Both the position numbers and the translations under genes were made by a program. This document shows positions 18,406 to 27,811 of a stretch of 35,783 nucleotides of DNA, piece after piece. The first letter of the stretch is position 1, and every line of letters begins with the position of its first letter. The notes under the pieces are model-generated. The model was not told the origin of the DNA. It was given only the letters and a program-made list of their open reading frames with translations, and searched no databases. The stretch comes from a virus: UHGV virus genome UHGV-0117379. The stretch is one strand, 5' to 3'.

Positions 18406-18608
18406 TGAAAGTGCGTGCGCATCAGTATGACACGGTGGACGCGCTTTGCTGGCGTCATTACGGGCGCACGCAGGGTGTCACGGAGCAGGTACTGAAGACA
18501 AATCCGGGGCTTGCCGAATACGGCCCCTTTTTACCTCACGGGCTGCAGGTGGAGCTGCCGGACATTCCGACAACCACCACCGTGCAGACCGTCCAGCTAT
18601 GGGACTGA
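18405..18608 (+). CDS. X: Tail protein X (P2 gpX-like)
   Basis: 67 aa, start overlaps the L stop; at the P2 X position. Confidence 0.75.
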   Translation: MKVRAHQYDTVDALCWRHYGRTQGVTEQVLKTNPGLAEYGPFLPHGLQVELPDIPTTTTVQTVQLWD

Positions 18609-18611
18609 ATT

Positions 18612-18827
18612 ATGACGCTTGAGCGAATCAGCGCCTTTATCACGTATTGCATCGCCGTCGTGCTGGCCTGGCTGGGCGATTTGTCCATCAAGGATGCCTC
18701 AACGCTGGGCGGCCTGATGATCGGTGTGCTGATGCTGGCTATCAACTGGTACTACAAACACAAAGCCTACCAGCTTCTGCGCGACGGACAGATCTCGCGG
18801 GAGGATTATGAATCCATCAATCGTTAA
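18612..18827 (+). CDS. Putative holin (two hydrophobic segments)
   Basis: 71 aa with hydrophobic stretches ISAFITYCIAVVLAWLG and LGGLMIGVLMLAI; directly upstream of the lysozyme. Confidence 0.6.
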   Translation: MTLERISAFITYCIAVVLAWLGDLSIKDASTLGGLMIGVLMLAINWYYKHKAYQLLRDGQISREDYESINR

Positions 18828-19323
18828 ACGCTGCCTTGTCGGGGCCGTGCTGGCTATTGCTGCCACGCTGCCGGGTTTTCAGCAGCTTCACACCTCCGTG
18901 GAGGGGCTGAAACTGATTGCCGATTACGAAGGCTGTCGTCTGCAGCCGTATCAGTGCAGCGCGGGTGTATGGACCGATGGCATTGGTAATACGTCGGGCG
19001 TCATTCCCGGCAAAACCATTACGGAACGACAGGCAGCAGAAGGACTGATTTCCAACGTTATACGTGTGGAGCAGGCGCTGGAAAGGTGTGTGAAGCAACA
19101 GCCGCCGCAGAAGGTGTATGACGCGGTGGTGTCGTTTGCCTTCAACGTGGGAACGGGCAATGCCTGCAGTTCCACGCTGGTGAAATTGCTCAACCAGCGG
19201 CGCTGGGCGGATGCGTGCCGACAGTTGCCGCGCTGGGTTTATGTGAAAGGTGTGTTTAATCAGGGGCTGGATAACCGCCGTGTGCGGGAGATGGCCTGGT
19301 GCCTTAAAGGCGCTGGACTATGA
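18808..19323 (+). CDS. Endolysin (lysozyme family) with hydrophobic N-terminal signal-anchor segment
   Basis: 171 aa at the P2 K position; N-terminal CLVGAVLAIAATLPGF suggests a SAR-type endolysin; lysozyme family assigned by position and general similarity. Confidence 0.8.
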   Translation: MNPSIVKRCLVGAVLAIAATLPGFQQLHTSVEGLKLIADYEGCRLQPYQCSAGVWTDGIGNTSGVIPGKTITERQAAEGLISNVIRVEQALERCVKQQPPQKVYDAVVSFAFNVGTGNACSSTLVKLLNQRRWADACRQLPRWVYVKGVFNQGLDNRRVREMAWCLKGAGL

Positions 19324-19748
19324 CGCGTGCGCTGGCAGTAGTGGTGGCACTGGCACTCGTTGCGCTGGGCTGGCAGTCGTGGCGGCTTAACAGCGCCAGC
19401 CACACCATCGAAACGCAGCGCGCGGCGCTGAAAAGTAAAGCGCAGGAACTGACGAAGAAAAACAGCCAGCTGATCGGTCTATCCATTCTGGCTGAAACCA
19501 ACAACCGGGAGCAGGCGCGGCTCTACGCCGAAGCAGAACAGACCAGTACACTGCTGAGACAACGACAACGCCGGATCGAGGAACTGAAACGTGAGAACGA
19601 GGATTTACGCCGCTGGGCTGATACTCCTTTGCCTGCTGACATTATCCGGCTGCGGGAACGTCCGGCACTTACCGGAGGTGCAGCTTACCGTCAGTGGTTG
19701 TCCGCGAGTGACGCCGTGTCGGCTGGAGCAGGCTGCGCCGCGCACTAA
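19320..19748 (+). CDS. lysB: Inner-membrane spanin (P2 LysB / Rz-like)
   Basis: N-terminal TM segment ALAVVVALALVALGW followed by a charged coiled-coil-like region. Confidence 0.7.
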   Translation: MTRALAVVVALALVALGWQSWRLNSASHTIETQRAALKSKAQELTKKNSQLIGLSILAETNNREQARLYAEAEQTSTLLRQRQRRIEELKRENEDLRRWADTPLPADIIRLRERPALTGGAAYRQWLSASDAVSAGAGCAAH

Positions 19749-19881
19749 CGGTGATCTGAACGCATTGCTGGATGAAACGGAGGCCGCCTGGGCGGTCTGT
19801 GCAGACAAAGTGGACATGATTATTGCGTGTCAGGAGCGAAACAGTGAACAAACCACAGTCCCTGCGCCACGCCATCAATAA
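19591..19881 (+). CDS. lysC: Outer-membrane lipoprotein spanin (P2 LysC / Rz1-like), embedded in lysB in another frame
   Basis: GTG start with GAGGA RBS; lipobox LTLSGC; overlaps the lysB 3' end. Confidence 0.6.
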   Translation: MRTRIYAAGLILLCLLTLSGCGNVRHLPEVQLTVSGCPRVTPCRLEQAAPRTNGDLNALLDETEAAWAVCADKVDMIIACQERNSEQTTVPAPRHQ

Positions 19882-20275
19882 AGCAGTGCCTTATGTCCGC
19901 AATAACCCGGACAAACTGCATCTGTTTGTGGATAACGGTTCGCTGGTTGCCACGGGGGCCAGCTCCATGTCATGGGAGTACCGCTATACCCTGAACGTGG
20001 TGATAGAGGATTTCAGCGGCGACCAAAATTTGCTGATGGCCCCGGTTTTACTGTGGCTGCGGGATAACCAGCCCGATGCCATCAATAACCCGGCGTTACG
20101 GGAAAAGCTATTCACCTTTGAGGTGGATATTCTGCGCAACGATGTCTGTGATATCAGCCTTAACCTGCAACTGACGGAACGTGTGCTGGTCAGCACTAAC
20201 GGCAGTGTGTCGAGCGTTGAAGCTATAGCGGAACCTGATGAACCTGAAGAAATGTGGACGGTGAAACGTGGCTGA
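19844..20275 (+). CDS. R: Tail completion protein R (P2 gpR-like)
   Basis: Track ORF starts at TTG 19823; GTG 19844 follows CAGGAGC RBS and aligns with the P2 R N-terminus as I recall it. Confidence 0.75.
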   Translation: MNKPQSLRHAINKAVPYVRNNPDKLHLFVDNGSLVATGASSMSWEYRYTLNVVIEDFSGDQNLLMAPVLLWLRDNQPDAINNPALREKLFTFEVDILRNDVCDISLNLQLTERVLVSTNGSVSSVEAIAEPDEPEEMWTVKRG

Positions 20276-20732
20276 ATTGCAGAAAGTGGACGACTGGCTG
20301 AGTGCCTTGCTGGCGAATCTGGAACCAGCCGCCAGAAGCCGCATGATGCGCCAGCTGGCGCAGGAACTGCGCCGGACACAGCAGCAGAATATCAGGATGC
20401 AACGCAATCCTGATGGCAGCAGCTATGAACCGAGGCGAGTAACAGCACGCAGTAAAAAAGGCCGCATCAAACGGCAGATGTTTACAAAACTTCGCACCAC
20501 AAAATACCTGAAAACCGCCGCCAGCGCGGATTCTGCCAGCGTACAGTTTGAAGGTAAGGTGCAGCGCATCGCCCGCGTTCACCTTTACGGCCTGCGTGAT
20601 CGCGTCAGTCGAAAAGGACCGGAGGTCCGTTATGCAGAGCGTCGTTTGTTAGGCATTGCTGAAAAAGAACAAAGTTTTATATTTTACACATTAATCAGTT
20701 GGTTACAGGAAAAGGGAGGGTTGCATAAGTGA
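20268..20732 (+). CDS. S: Tail completion / virion morphogenesis protein S (P2 gpS-like); C-terminus possibly chimeric
   Basis: GTG start overlapping the R stop; the last 25 or so codons are AT-rich like the adjacent moron. Confidence 0.75.
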   Translation: MAELQKVDDWLSALLANLEPAARSRMMRQLAQELRRTQQQNIRMQRNPDGSSYEPRRVTARSKKGRIKRQMFTKLRTTKYLKTAASADSASVQFEGKVQRIARVHLYGLRDRVSRKGPEVRYAERRLLGIAEKEQSFIFYTLISWLQEKGGLHK

Positions 20733-20782
20733 GTTTATTTTACTTCAATGAAAATATAAAATCTGCTATATATAAAAACATT

Positions 20783-20791
20783 TGTTATAAT
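20783..20791 (+). promoter_or_regulatory. Extended -10 element TGTTATAAT for the moron NTPase gene
   Basis: TG-N-TATAAT read directly, about 30 bp upstream of ATG 20820; weak -35. Confidence 0.45.
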
Positions 20792-20819
20792 GATATGATT
20801 TTCTTAAGGATAGGATGTT

Positions 20820-22331
20820 ATGCGCCCCAAAATTGGTGATTTTGAATTTGGTGAGGTTTATGGAGAGAATGAGGTATTATTTCTCGATAATTACTCGAAA
20901 TATTTTTATGATATAAATAATTCATTAAGTAAACTTGATAGAAAAAATAAAATGCTCGTAATTGGCAGGAAGGGGACGGGTAAGACATTGCTTGTTAATG
21001 TCTACTGTAACGCCAAGCGAAAAAATAATTATATTGCAGTTGTGGAATCATTAAAAGATTTTGTTTTTCATGAACTTACTCACTTTCAGGGGCAGGATGT
21101 GTCTTCCACAAAATATGTACCAATTTTCAAGTGGATGATATTGGTCAATCTTGCTAAGAATATTGTAAGTAATAAAAAAGGATTTAGTGAGGATAAAATA
21201 GTTCATTTGGAAAGTTTTTTACGTTCTTTTGGCCATGTCGCGGGCGAGTTAAGGCCTGAGCAAACAGTTGAAATAACTAGGGAGTACCAAGCGTCGGGTG
21301 AGGTTGGTATCGGATTTAGATTCCCAGTATTACGTGGTGAAGCCAAAGCAAAAGATGGTGAGGTCGAGAAAACAAAAGAAACAAAAAAGAATTATTTGGA
21401 ATGTATGGAATCTTTGCAGTGTTTTATTGTTGACATGCTAAAAGAGAGTAATAAAAAAATATATGTATTTTATGATGAGTTAGATGATAAGTTTGATGCA
21501 ACAGTTGAATATAAAAATGCAATGATAAGTTTTTTAAATGCTGTTGTGTCAATTAATAAAACTCTAATGCAAAATAAAATAGATGCTAAAATTGGTGCAG
21601 TTATTCGTCATGATATAATAAATACTTTTTCATCGCCGAATATTAATAAAATCATTGAAGATAACTCTGTTACACTTGATTGGTGTTCTGCTGGAGAACG
21701 AGCAAGTGATTCTGAGATTTTTGATATGATTGCTTTTAAGATCAAAAACTCCACTGATTATTATAATGATTTAAATGGTTCTAATTTGTTCGGGAAAATT
21801 TTCACTGAGAGAGTTGCAGGTGAGCATAGCTCTATTTATATTTTACATAGAACTCTAGGTCGCCCAAGAGATGCCGTTAGGATGCTAACTTATATTCAAG
21901 ATGAATATGGAGAAAATACTGAAAGATTTGAAAGTTCCATGTTTACAAAGATTTCTAAAAAATACTCATCTTATCTTTTACGTGAAATTAGATCTGAGCT
22001 TGCGGGACATTTAAGTGATTCAGAAATAGATGACAGTTTTTCTCTTTTACGTTCAGTAAAAAAAAGAGGTTTCACTCCACATTTAATCAAGGAAAAATTT
22101 GAAGAATTGAAGTTAGGAGATGGTACATTAACGCTTAATAAAATACTGAGTTGTTTATTTAAAGTCGGTGCTATCGGGAATGTACTCAGGAGATCTAAAA
22201 CAGATGGCGGAGATGTTTATTTGTGGTCATTTAATGATGAAGATTTAGAAATGGACCCAACGTTGAATTTTGAAATACACTGTGGTTTGTGGGATGCACT
22301 AGGAATTATCAAGCCTAAACTTAGGCAATAA
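20820..22331 (+). CDS. P-loop NTPase (503 aa), candidate single-gene defence moron
   Basis: Walker A GRKGTGKT and Walker B IYVFYDELDD; AT-rich; own promoter and a perfect terminator; inserted between S and V. Confidence 0.8.
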   Translation: MRPKIGDFEFGEVYGENEVLFLDNYSKYFYDINNSLSKLDRKNKMLVIGRKGTGKTLLVNVYCNAKRKNNYIAVVESLKDFVFHELTHFQGQDVSSTKYVPIFKWMILVNLAKNIVSNKKGFSEDKIVHLESFLRSFGHVAGELRPEQTVEITREYQASGEVGIGFRFPVLRGEAKAKDGEVEKTKETKKNYLECMESLQCFIVDMLKESNKKIYVFYDELDDKFDATVEYKNAMISFLNAVVSINKTLMQNKIDAKIGAVIRHDIINTFSSPNINKIIEDNSVTLDWCSAGERASDSEIFDMIAFKIKNSTDYYNDLNGSNLFGKIFTERVAGEHSSIYILHRTLGRPRDAVRMLTYIQDEYGENTERFESSMFTKISKKYSSYLLREIRSELAGHLSDSEIDDSFSLLRSVKKRGFTPHLIKEKFEELKLGDGTLTLNKILSCLFKVGAIGNVLRRSKTDGGDVYLWSFNDEDLEMDPTLNFEIHCGLWDALGIIKPKLRQ

Positions 22332-22332
22332 T

Positions 22333-22359
22333 AAAAACGCCCTTTAATAGGGCGTTTTT
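22333..22359 (+). terminator. Rho-independent terminator, perfect 11-bp stem AAAAACGCCCT/AGGGCGTTTTT
   Basis: Read directly; 5-nt loop TTAAT; begins 2 nt after the moron stop codon. Confidence 0.75.
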
Positions 22360-22393
22360 ATTTAAAGTTGTCATTCTTTCTTTAAATTATCAT

Positions 22394-22411
22394 TGTGCCA
22401 AATCTCTTACA
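22394..22411. promoter_or_regulatory. Ogr-type late-promoter dyad TGT-N12-ACA upstream of V
   Basis: TGTgccaaatctcttACA read directly; its centre is about 55 bp from the V ATG, which is tight for a -55 element. Confidence 0.4.
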
Positions 22412-22457
22412 ATTCTAAATAGATGAATTAGTCTTTGTTCTGTTTGATAATTTGGAA

Positions 22458-23036
22458 ATGAATACACAACTGACAGAAATCATGCGCCTTATCACCAACC
22501 TGATCCGCACTGGTGTAGTCACCGAAGTGGACAGGGAAAACTGGCTTTGCCGGGTGAAAACAGGCGACTTAGAAACCAACTGGATCAGCTGGCTGACCCT
22601 GCGTGCCGGGAATGCCCGGACATGGTGGCGACCATCGGAAGGTGAGCAGGTGGTGCTGCTGAGTCTGGGCGGCAATCTGGAGACCGCCTTTGCGCTGCCC
22701 GCTGTCTATTCGAATCAGTTCGCACCACCGTCGACGTCGGCGGACGCCTGCGTGACAGAACATCCTGACGGTGGCTGGTTTGAATACGAACCCGCCACCG
22801 GGCGCTGGTATGTCAGGGGCATCAAATCCATGGTTATTGAGGCTGCCGACAATATCACCCTGAAAACCAGTGAGTTTGTGCTGGAGGCTGACCGCACGCG
22901 TATTAATAGTGAAGTAGTGATCAATGGCGGCGTTACCCAGGGCGGCGGTGCGATGAGTTCTAACGGAATTGTGGTTGATGCACATCAGCATACTGGCGTC
23001 CTGAAAGGCGGCGACACAACCGGAGGCCCGGTATGA
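22458..23036 (+). CDS. V: Baseplate assembly protein V (spike; P2 gpV-like)
   Basis: ATG 22458 (track ORF starts at TTG 22452); size and position match P2 V. Confidence 0.8.
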   Translation: MNTQLTEIMRLITNLIRTGVVTEVDRENWLCRVKTGDLETNWISWLTLRAGNARTWWRPSEGEQVVLLSLGGNLETAFALPAVYSNQFAPPSTSADACVTEHPDGGWFEYEPATGRWYVRGIKSMVIEAADNITLKTSEFVLEADRTRINSEVVINGGVTQGGGAMSSNGIVVDAHQHTGVLKGGDTTGGPV

Positions 23037-23392
23037 CGCTTTATAGCGGGATGAACAATACCAGCGGCAAAGCTATTACTGATATTGACCATCTGCGCCA
23101 GTCGGTGCGGGACATTCTGCTGACACCGCAGGGTAGCCGCATTGCCCGCCGGGAATATGGTTCCCTGCTGTCGGCACTGATAGACCAGCCACAAAATCCG
23201 GCGTTACGCCTGCAGGTCATGTCGGCAGTGTATGTGGCGCTGAGTCGCTGGGAGCCACGGCTGACGCTGGATTCCATCACCATCAACAGCAACTTTGACG
23301 GTTCTATGGTGGTGGAGCTGACCGGGCGGCGGAATAACGGTGTGCCTGTGTCCCTTTCCGTATCAACAGGAGCAGAGAATGGCAGTGATTGA
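23033..23392 (+). CDS. W: Baseplate protein W (P2 gpW-like)
   Basis: 119 aa, start overlaps the V stop. Confidence 0.8.
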   Translation: MTLYSGMNNTSGKAITDIDHLRQSVRDILLTPQGSRIARREYGSLLSALIDQPQNPALRLQVMSAVYVALSRWEPRLTLDSITINSNFDGSMVVELTGRRNNGVPVSLSVSTGAENGSD

Positions 23393-24287
23393 CCTTTCGC
23401 AGTTGCCTGCGCCGCAGATTGTGGATGTGCCGGACTTTGAGACGCTGCTTACCGAACGCAAGGCAGAATTTGTGGCGCTTCATCCGAAAGATGAGCAGGA
23501 AGCAGTGATCCGCACGCTGGAACTGGAATCTGAACCCGTCACCAAATTGTTGCAGGAGAATGCTTACCGTGAGTTGCTTCTGCGCCAGCGCATTAACGAA
23601 GCCGCGCAGGCTGTGATGGTGGCTTACGCGATGGGCGGCGATCTTGACCAGCTCGCTGCCAACTACAACGTGAAACGCCTGACGGTGACGCCTGCTGATA
23701 ATGACGCTGTGCCGCCCGTTGCGGCTGTGATGGAAAGCGATGAAGCGTTACGCCTGCGTGTGCCCGCAGCCTTTGAAGGGCTTTCAGTTGCGGGGCCAAC
23801 TGCAGCTTATGAATTTCATGCACGAAGCGCCGACGGTCGGGTGGCGGATGCCAGTGCAACCAGCCCGGCACCTGCAGAGGTGGTGCTGACTGTTCTTAGC
23901 CGCGAAGGCGATGGAACTGCAGAAAAAGACCTGCTGGACGTGGTGGAAAAAGCTCTGAACAGTGAGAACGTCCGCCCGGTGGCTGACCGTCTGACGGTTC
24001 GCAGCGCAGAAATCATCCCGTACCGCGTGGAAGCCACCATTTTTCTCTATCCGGGACCGGAAGCAGAGCCGGTAATGGCAGCGGCAAAAGCCAGTCTGCA
24101 GAAGTATATCGCCAGTCAGACGCGTCTTGGCCGGGATATTCGCCGTAGCGCCATCTTTGCCGCCCTGCATGTTGAGGGTGTGCAGCGTGTGGAGCTGGCT
24201 TCGCCGCTGGCGGATGTGGTCCTGAACAAAACACAGGCGGCATCATGTACGCAGTGGAGCGTAACCAACGGAGGAACGGATGAATAG
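23379..24287 (+). CDS. J: Baseplate protein J (P2 gpJ-like)
   Basis: ATG 23379 (MAVIDLSQLPAPQIV...), resembling the P2 J N-terminus as I recall it; track ORF starts earlier at 23340. Confidence 0.8.
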   Translation: MAVIDLSQLPAPQIVDVPDFETLLTERKAEFVALHPKDEQEAVIRTLELESEPVTKLLQENAYRELLLRQRINEAAQAVMVAYAMGGDLDQLAANYNVKRLTVTPADNDAVPPVAAVMESDEALRLRVPAAFEGLSVAGPTAAYEFHARSADGRVADASATSPAPAEVVLTVLSREGDGTAEKDLLDVVEKALNSENVRPVADRLTVRSAEIIPYRVEATIFLYPGPEAEPVMAAAKASLQKYIASQTRLGRDIRRSAIFAALHVEGVQRVELASPLADVVLNKTQAASCTQWSVTNGGTDE

Positions 24288-24885
24288 TCTGCTGCCACCG
24301 GGTTCAACACCACTGGAGCGCCGACTGGCGCAAACCTGCAGCGGGATTTCTGATCTGCAGGTGCCGCTGCGTGACTTGTGGAATCCGGCAACCTGTCCGG
24401 TCAGTTTCCTGCCTTATCTCGCCTGGGCGTTCTCTGTGGATCGCTGGGACGAGGGCTGGACAGAAAGCGTCAAGCGCCAGGTGGTGAAGGATGCTTTTTA
24501 TATTCATCAGCATAAAGGGACCACCAGTGCCGTGCGGCGGGTGGTGGAGCCGTTCGGCTTTCTGATCCGCATTATTGAGTGGTGGCAGACCGGAGAGGCA
24601 CCGGGCACGTTTCGCCTGGATATCGGCGTGCAGGACCAGGGCATCACTGAAGATACCTATCTGGAACTTGAGCGACTGATAAGCGATGCCAAACCATGTA
24701 GCCGTCACATGATCGGCATGTCCATCAATCTGCAGACCAGCGGCCCGCATTGGGTGGGAGCCGCCAGCTATCTTGGCGAAGAAATCACGATCTATCCGTA
24801 TATCAACGAAACAATTATTTCCGGCGGCACCGCGCATGAAGGCGGGGCGGTCCATGTTATTGACACAATGAGAGTGAATCCATGA
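24280..24885 (+). CDS. I: Baseplate protein I (P2 gpI-like)
   Basis: 201 aa between J and H. Confidence 0.75.
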   Translation: MNSLLPPGSTPLERRLAQTCSGISDLQVPLRDLWNPATCPVSFLPYLAWAFSVDRWDEGWTESVKRQVVKDAFYIHQHKGTTSAVRRVVEPFGFLIRIIEWWQTGEAPGTFRLDIGVQDQGITEDTYLELERLISDAKPCSRHMIGMSINLQTSGPHWVGAASYLGEEITIYPYINETIISGGTAHEGGAVHVIDTMRVNP

Positions 24886-26435
24886 GCACAAAATTTTATA
24901 CCCTGCTGACGGATATTGGCGCGGCGAAACTTGCCAGCGCCGCCGCGCTCGGTGTGCCTTTAAAAATTACCCATATGGCGGTCGGCGATGGCGGCGGAAC
25001 ATTACCAACGCCGGACGCAAAGCAGACAGCACTGGTAAATGAGAAACGCCGGGCTGCGCTGAATATGCTCTATATCGACCCGCAGAACAGCAGCCAGATT
25101 ATTGCTGAACAGGTGATCCCTGAAAACGAGGGCGGTTGGTGGATACGTGAAGTGGGCCTGTTTGATGAGTCCGGGGCATTGATTGCCGTGGGCAACTGCC
25201 CGGAAAGCTATAAGCCGCAACTGGCTGAAGGCAGCGGGCGTACCCAGACCGTGCGTATGGTGTTGATTACCAGCAGCACGGACAATATCACCCTGAAAAT
25301 CGACCCTGCCGTAGTGCTGGCAACCCGCAAGTATGTGGATGATAAGGTACTGGAGCTGAAGGTGTACGCGGATGATCAGATGGCAAAACATCTTGCCGCA
25401 CCGGACCCGCATTCACAGTATGCACAGAAAGAAAGTCCTACGTTTACCGGGACACCCAAAGCGCCAACGCCAGCGGCGGGGAATAACACCACGCAGGTTG
25501 CGACCACCGCGTTTGTTCAGGAGGCACTGACGGCTCTTATTAATGGTGCGCCAGCCACGCTGGACACGCTGAAAGAAATAGCCGTAGCCATTAACAATGA
25601 TCCGAAATTCAGTACCACCATTAACAATGCGCTGGCACTGAAAGCGCCGCTGTCGAGTCCGGCACTCACCGGAACGCCAACAGCCCCCACGGCGGCGCAG
25701 TCGGTCAACAATACACAGATTGCCACCACGGCTTTTGTGAAATCGGCGATTGCGGCAATGGTGGGTTCTGCACCTGCGGCACTGGATACACTGAACGAAC
25801 TGGCGGCGGCGCTGGGGAATGACCCGAACTTTGCCACGACAATGCTTAATGCACTGGCAGGTAAACAACCGCTGGACAATACGCTGACTAATTTGAGTGG
25901 AAAGGATGTTGCTGGTCTTCTCGCATACCTTGGTTTGGGAGAAGGCTCTGCATTACCTGTTGGTGTCCCTGTTCCGTGGCCTTTAGCAACTCCGCCAACA
26001 GGCTGGTTGAAATGCAACGGTGCGCCATTTATCGCCTCCCAATATCCGAAGCTTGCTCTCGCTTACCCCGGTCTTTTGCTGCCAGACCTGCGCGGTGAAT
26101 TTATTCGTGGATGGGATGATGGGCGAGGGGTTGATCCAGGGCGTTCGATAGGGTCTAGCCAGGGATGGTCTCCAGGATCGCACGTCCACGGCTTGGAAAT
26201 TTGGACATCGGCTAGCGGCAGCATCCCAACTAGTACAACTGTACCATCGCAGAACGGTAGGGAGTTAGGGCCAGCAGCGACAGCAGGCGACGGCGGCGTT
26301 ATCCGATCACTTGGCGGCAGCGGCGGGACAAACAACAACTCTGCTACTTCTGTGACTACGCAGAGCCCCACCTTTGGAAACCAAGAAGGTTACCCGCGCA
26401 ACGTCGCATTTAACTATATCGTGAGGGCAGCCTGA
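24882..26435 (+). CDS. H: Tail fibre protein H; C-terminal segment lies inside the invertible region
   Basis: 517 aa at the P2 H position; crossover site at 25918-25943 lies within the coding sequence. Confidence 0.8.
   Translation: MSTKFYTLLTDIGAAKLASAAALGVPLKITHMAVGDGGGTLPTPDAKQTALVNEKRRAALNMLYIDPQNSSQIIAEQVIPENEGGWWIREVGLFDESGALIAVGNCPESYKPQLAEGSGRTQTVRMVLITSSTDNITLKIDPAVVLATRKYVDDKVLELKVYADDQMAKHLAAPDPHSQYAQKESPTFTGTPKAPTPAAGNNTTQVATTAFVQEALTALINGAPATLDTLKEIAVAINNDPKFSTTINNALALKAPLSSPALTGTPTAPTAAQSVNNTQIATTAFVKSAIAAMVGSAPAALDTLNELAAALGNDPNFATTMLNALAGKQPLDNTLTNLSGKDVAGLLAYLGLGEGSALPVGVPVPWPLATPPTGWLKCNGAPFIASQYPKLALAYPGLLLPDLRGEFIRGWDDGRGVDPGRSIGSSQGWSPGSHVHGLEIWTSASGSIPTSTTVPSQNGRELGPAATAGDGGVIRSLGGSGGTNNNSATSVTTQSPTFGNQEGYPRNVAFNYIVRAA
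25918..25943. repeat. Invertase crossover site (hix/gix-like, left), inside H
   Basis: TTCTCGCATACCTTGGTTTGGGAGAA; its 3' 14 nt are the exact reverse complement of part of the right site; central dinucleotide TT. Confidence 0.6.
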
Positions 26436-27037
26436 TGAATAAAGCCGTATTAAATAGCGAACTCATTACTACAAAGGCAGGAAACATTACCGTTTATAAT
26501 TTTGATGCTGAGACGAAGGAATATCTTTCCACATCAACCGAATACCTTGCTGTGGGTGTCGGTATTCCGGCGTATTCATGCTTAGATGCACCAGGTACAC
26601 ATAAAGCCGGTTATGCAATCTGCCGCTCTGCAGATTTTAACTCATGGGAATATGTGCCAGACCATCGCGGTGAAATCATCTATAGCACCGAAACAGGAGA
26701 ATCGAAAGAAATCACATCTCTGGGTGATTACCCTGAAAATACAACCACTATCGCCCCGTTAACGCCATATGATAAATGGGATGGTGAGAAATGGGTGACG
26801 GATACTGAGGCACAGCATAGCGCCGCAGTAGAAGCGGCAGAAGCACAGCGCCAGTCACTGATTGATGCAGCAATGTCTTCCATCAGTCTGATTCAACTGA
26901 AATTACAGGCCGGACGGAAGCTGACGCAGGCAGAAACAACCCGACTTAACGCTGTGCTGGATTATATTGACGCGGTGACGGCAACAGATACCAGCACCGC
27001 GCCTGATGTCATCTGGCCTGAACTGCCGGAGGCGTAG
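26435..27037 (+). CDS. G: Tail fibre assembly protein (P2 gpG-like)
   Basis: 200 aa immediately after H; start overlaps the H stop. Confidence 0.75.
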   Translation: MNKAVLNSELITTKAGNITVYNFDAETKEYLSTSTEYLAVGVGIPAYSCLDAPGTHKAGYAICRSADFNSWEYVPDHRGEIIYSTETGESKEITSLGDYPENTTTIAPLTPYDKWDGEKWVTDTEAQHSAAVEAAEAQRQSLIDAAMSSISLIQLKLQAGRKLTQAETTRLNAVLDYIDAVTATDTSTAPDVIWPELPEA

Positions 27038-27449
27038 GCCATTCAATATCTGGCGCACCGGAAGTATCGACCAGTTCCAGTGCGTCCAGATAATCCAGCC
27101 ACAAATTATATTGCACCAGTTCCTCACCTTTCAGGCGACCAATCGCCGCTTTACCAGGCCATTGCTTACTGTTTATGTATTCGTTGACCTGATTAATCAA
27201 TTGCTGCTTTTTCAGTTCGGCTGCGGCAATTTGTTCCTCATGAGTTGGCGGTGGAATATCAATCCATGCAGGCATTCCGTCGATGACACCTCTGTATTTT
27301 CCTTCTGGTGCTTCCTTCATAAATTCGGCAGCAACAGTGTCGTCAATTTCGATTCCATCATCGGGCCATTCGCCGGATTCCTGATAAGCGATTTTAAGCT
27401 CCACAGGGAAAAACGCATTTTTATCGGCACTGAAAATATATTTCTGCAT
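27009..27449 (-). CDS. Alternative tail fibre assembly protein (inverted orientation)
   Basis: 146 aa, convergent with and overlapping G by 29 nt; C-terminus VDTSGAPDIEWP parallels the G C-terminus TDTSTAPDVIWP. Confidence 0.7.
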   Translation of the reverse strand: MQKYIFSADKNAFFPVELKIAYQESGEWPDDGIEIDDTVAAEFMKEAPEGKYRGVIDGMPAWIDIPPPTHEEQIAAAELKKQQLINQVNEYINSKQWPGKAAIGRLKGEELVQYNLWLDYLDALELVDTSGAPDIEWPTPPAVQAR

Positions 27450-27451
27450 TT

Positions 27452-27811
27452 CTACCGTCCTATCGAAATATAACTGAATCTGTATTGCTGTGAGATATCA
27501 CTGGTTGCCACACGCCACGCTGAATTACTGATATGTTCAAAATTTACAGACAAAACCTGCGGGGCAGGAATCGACGGGTCTGACTGAACGGCATCAGACA
27601 TAACACTGACTGAAACCATCGGCTGATTAGGGAATGGTATAGGGAAGTGTCCACTGATAAAGCGGGTCGTGTTTCCTGAAAAAGTGCCAAACTGAACAAT
27701 ATATCCACCTGGTAGCCTGAACCATCCCGAACCAGAAGCGAATGCTCCCATATCCGGTATCTGATTATCTCCTGTGCCCACATCCCTTTTCGCCGCTTCT
27801 CCCAAACCAAC
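27452..27811 (-). CDS. Alternative tail-fibre C-terminal cassette (promoterless; fuses to H after inversion)
   Basis: Minus-strand frame shares GLGE with H at the crossover and is in the same codon phase relative to the central TT/AA dinucleotide; track ORF 27452..27850 adds a spurious N-terminus. Confidence 0.6.
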   Translation of the reverse strand, partial: VGLGEAAKRDVGTGDNQIPDMGAFASGSGWFRLPGGYIVQFGTFSGNTTRFISGHFPIPFPNQPMVSVSVMSDAVQSDPSIPAPQVLSVNFEHISNSAWRVATSDISQQYRFSYISIGR

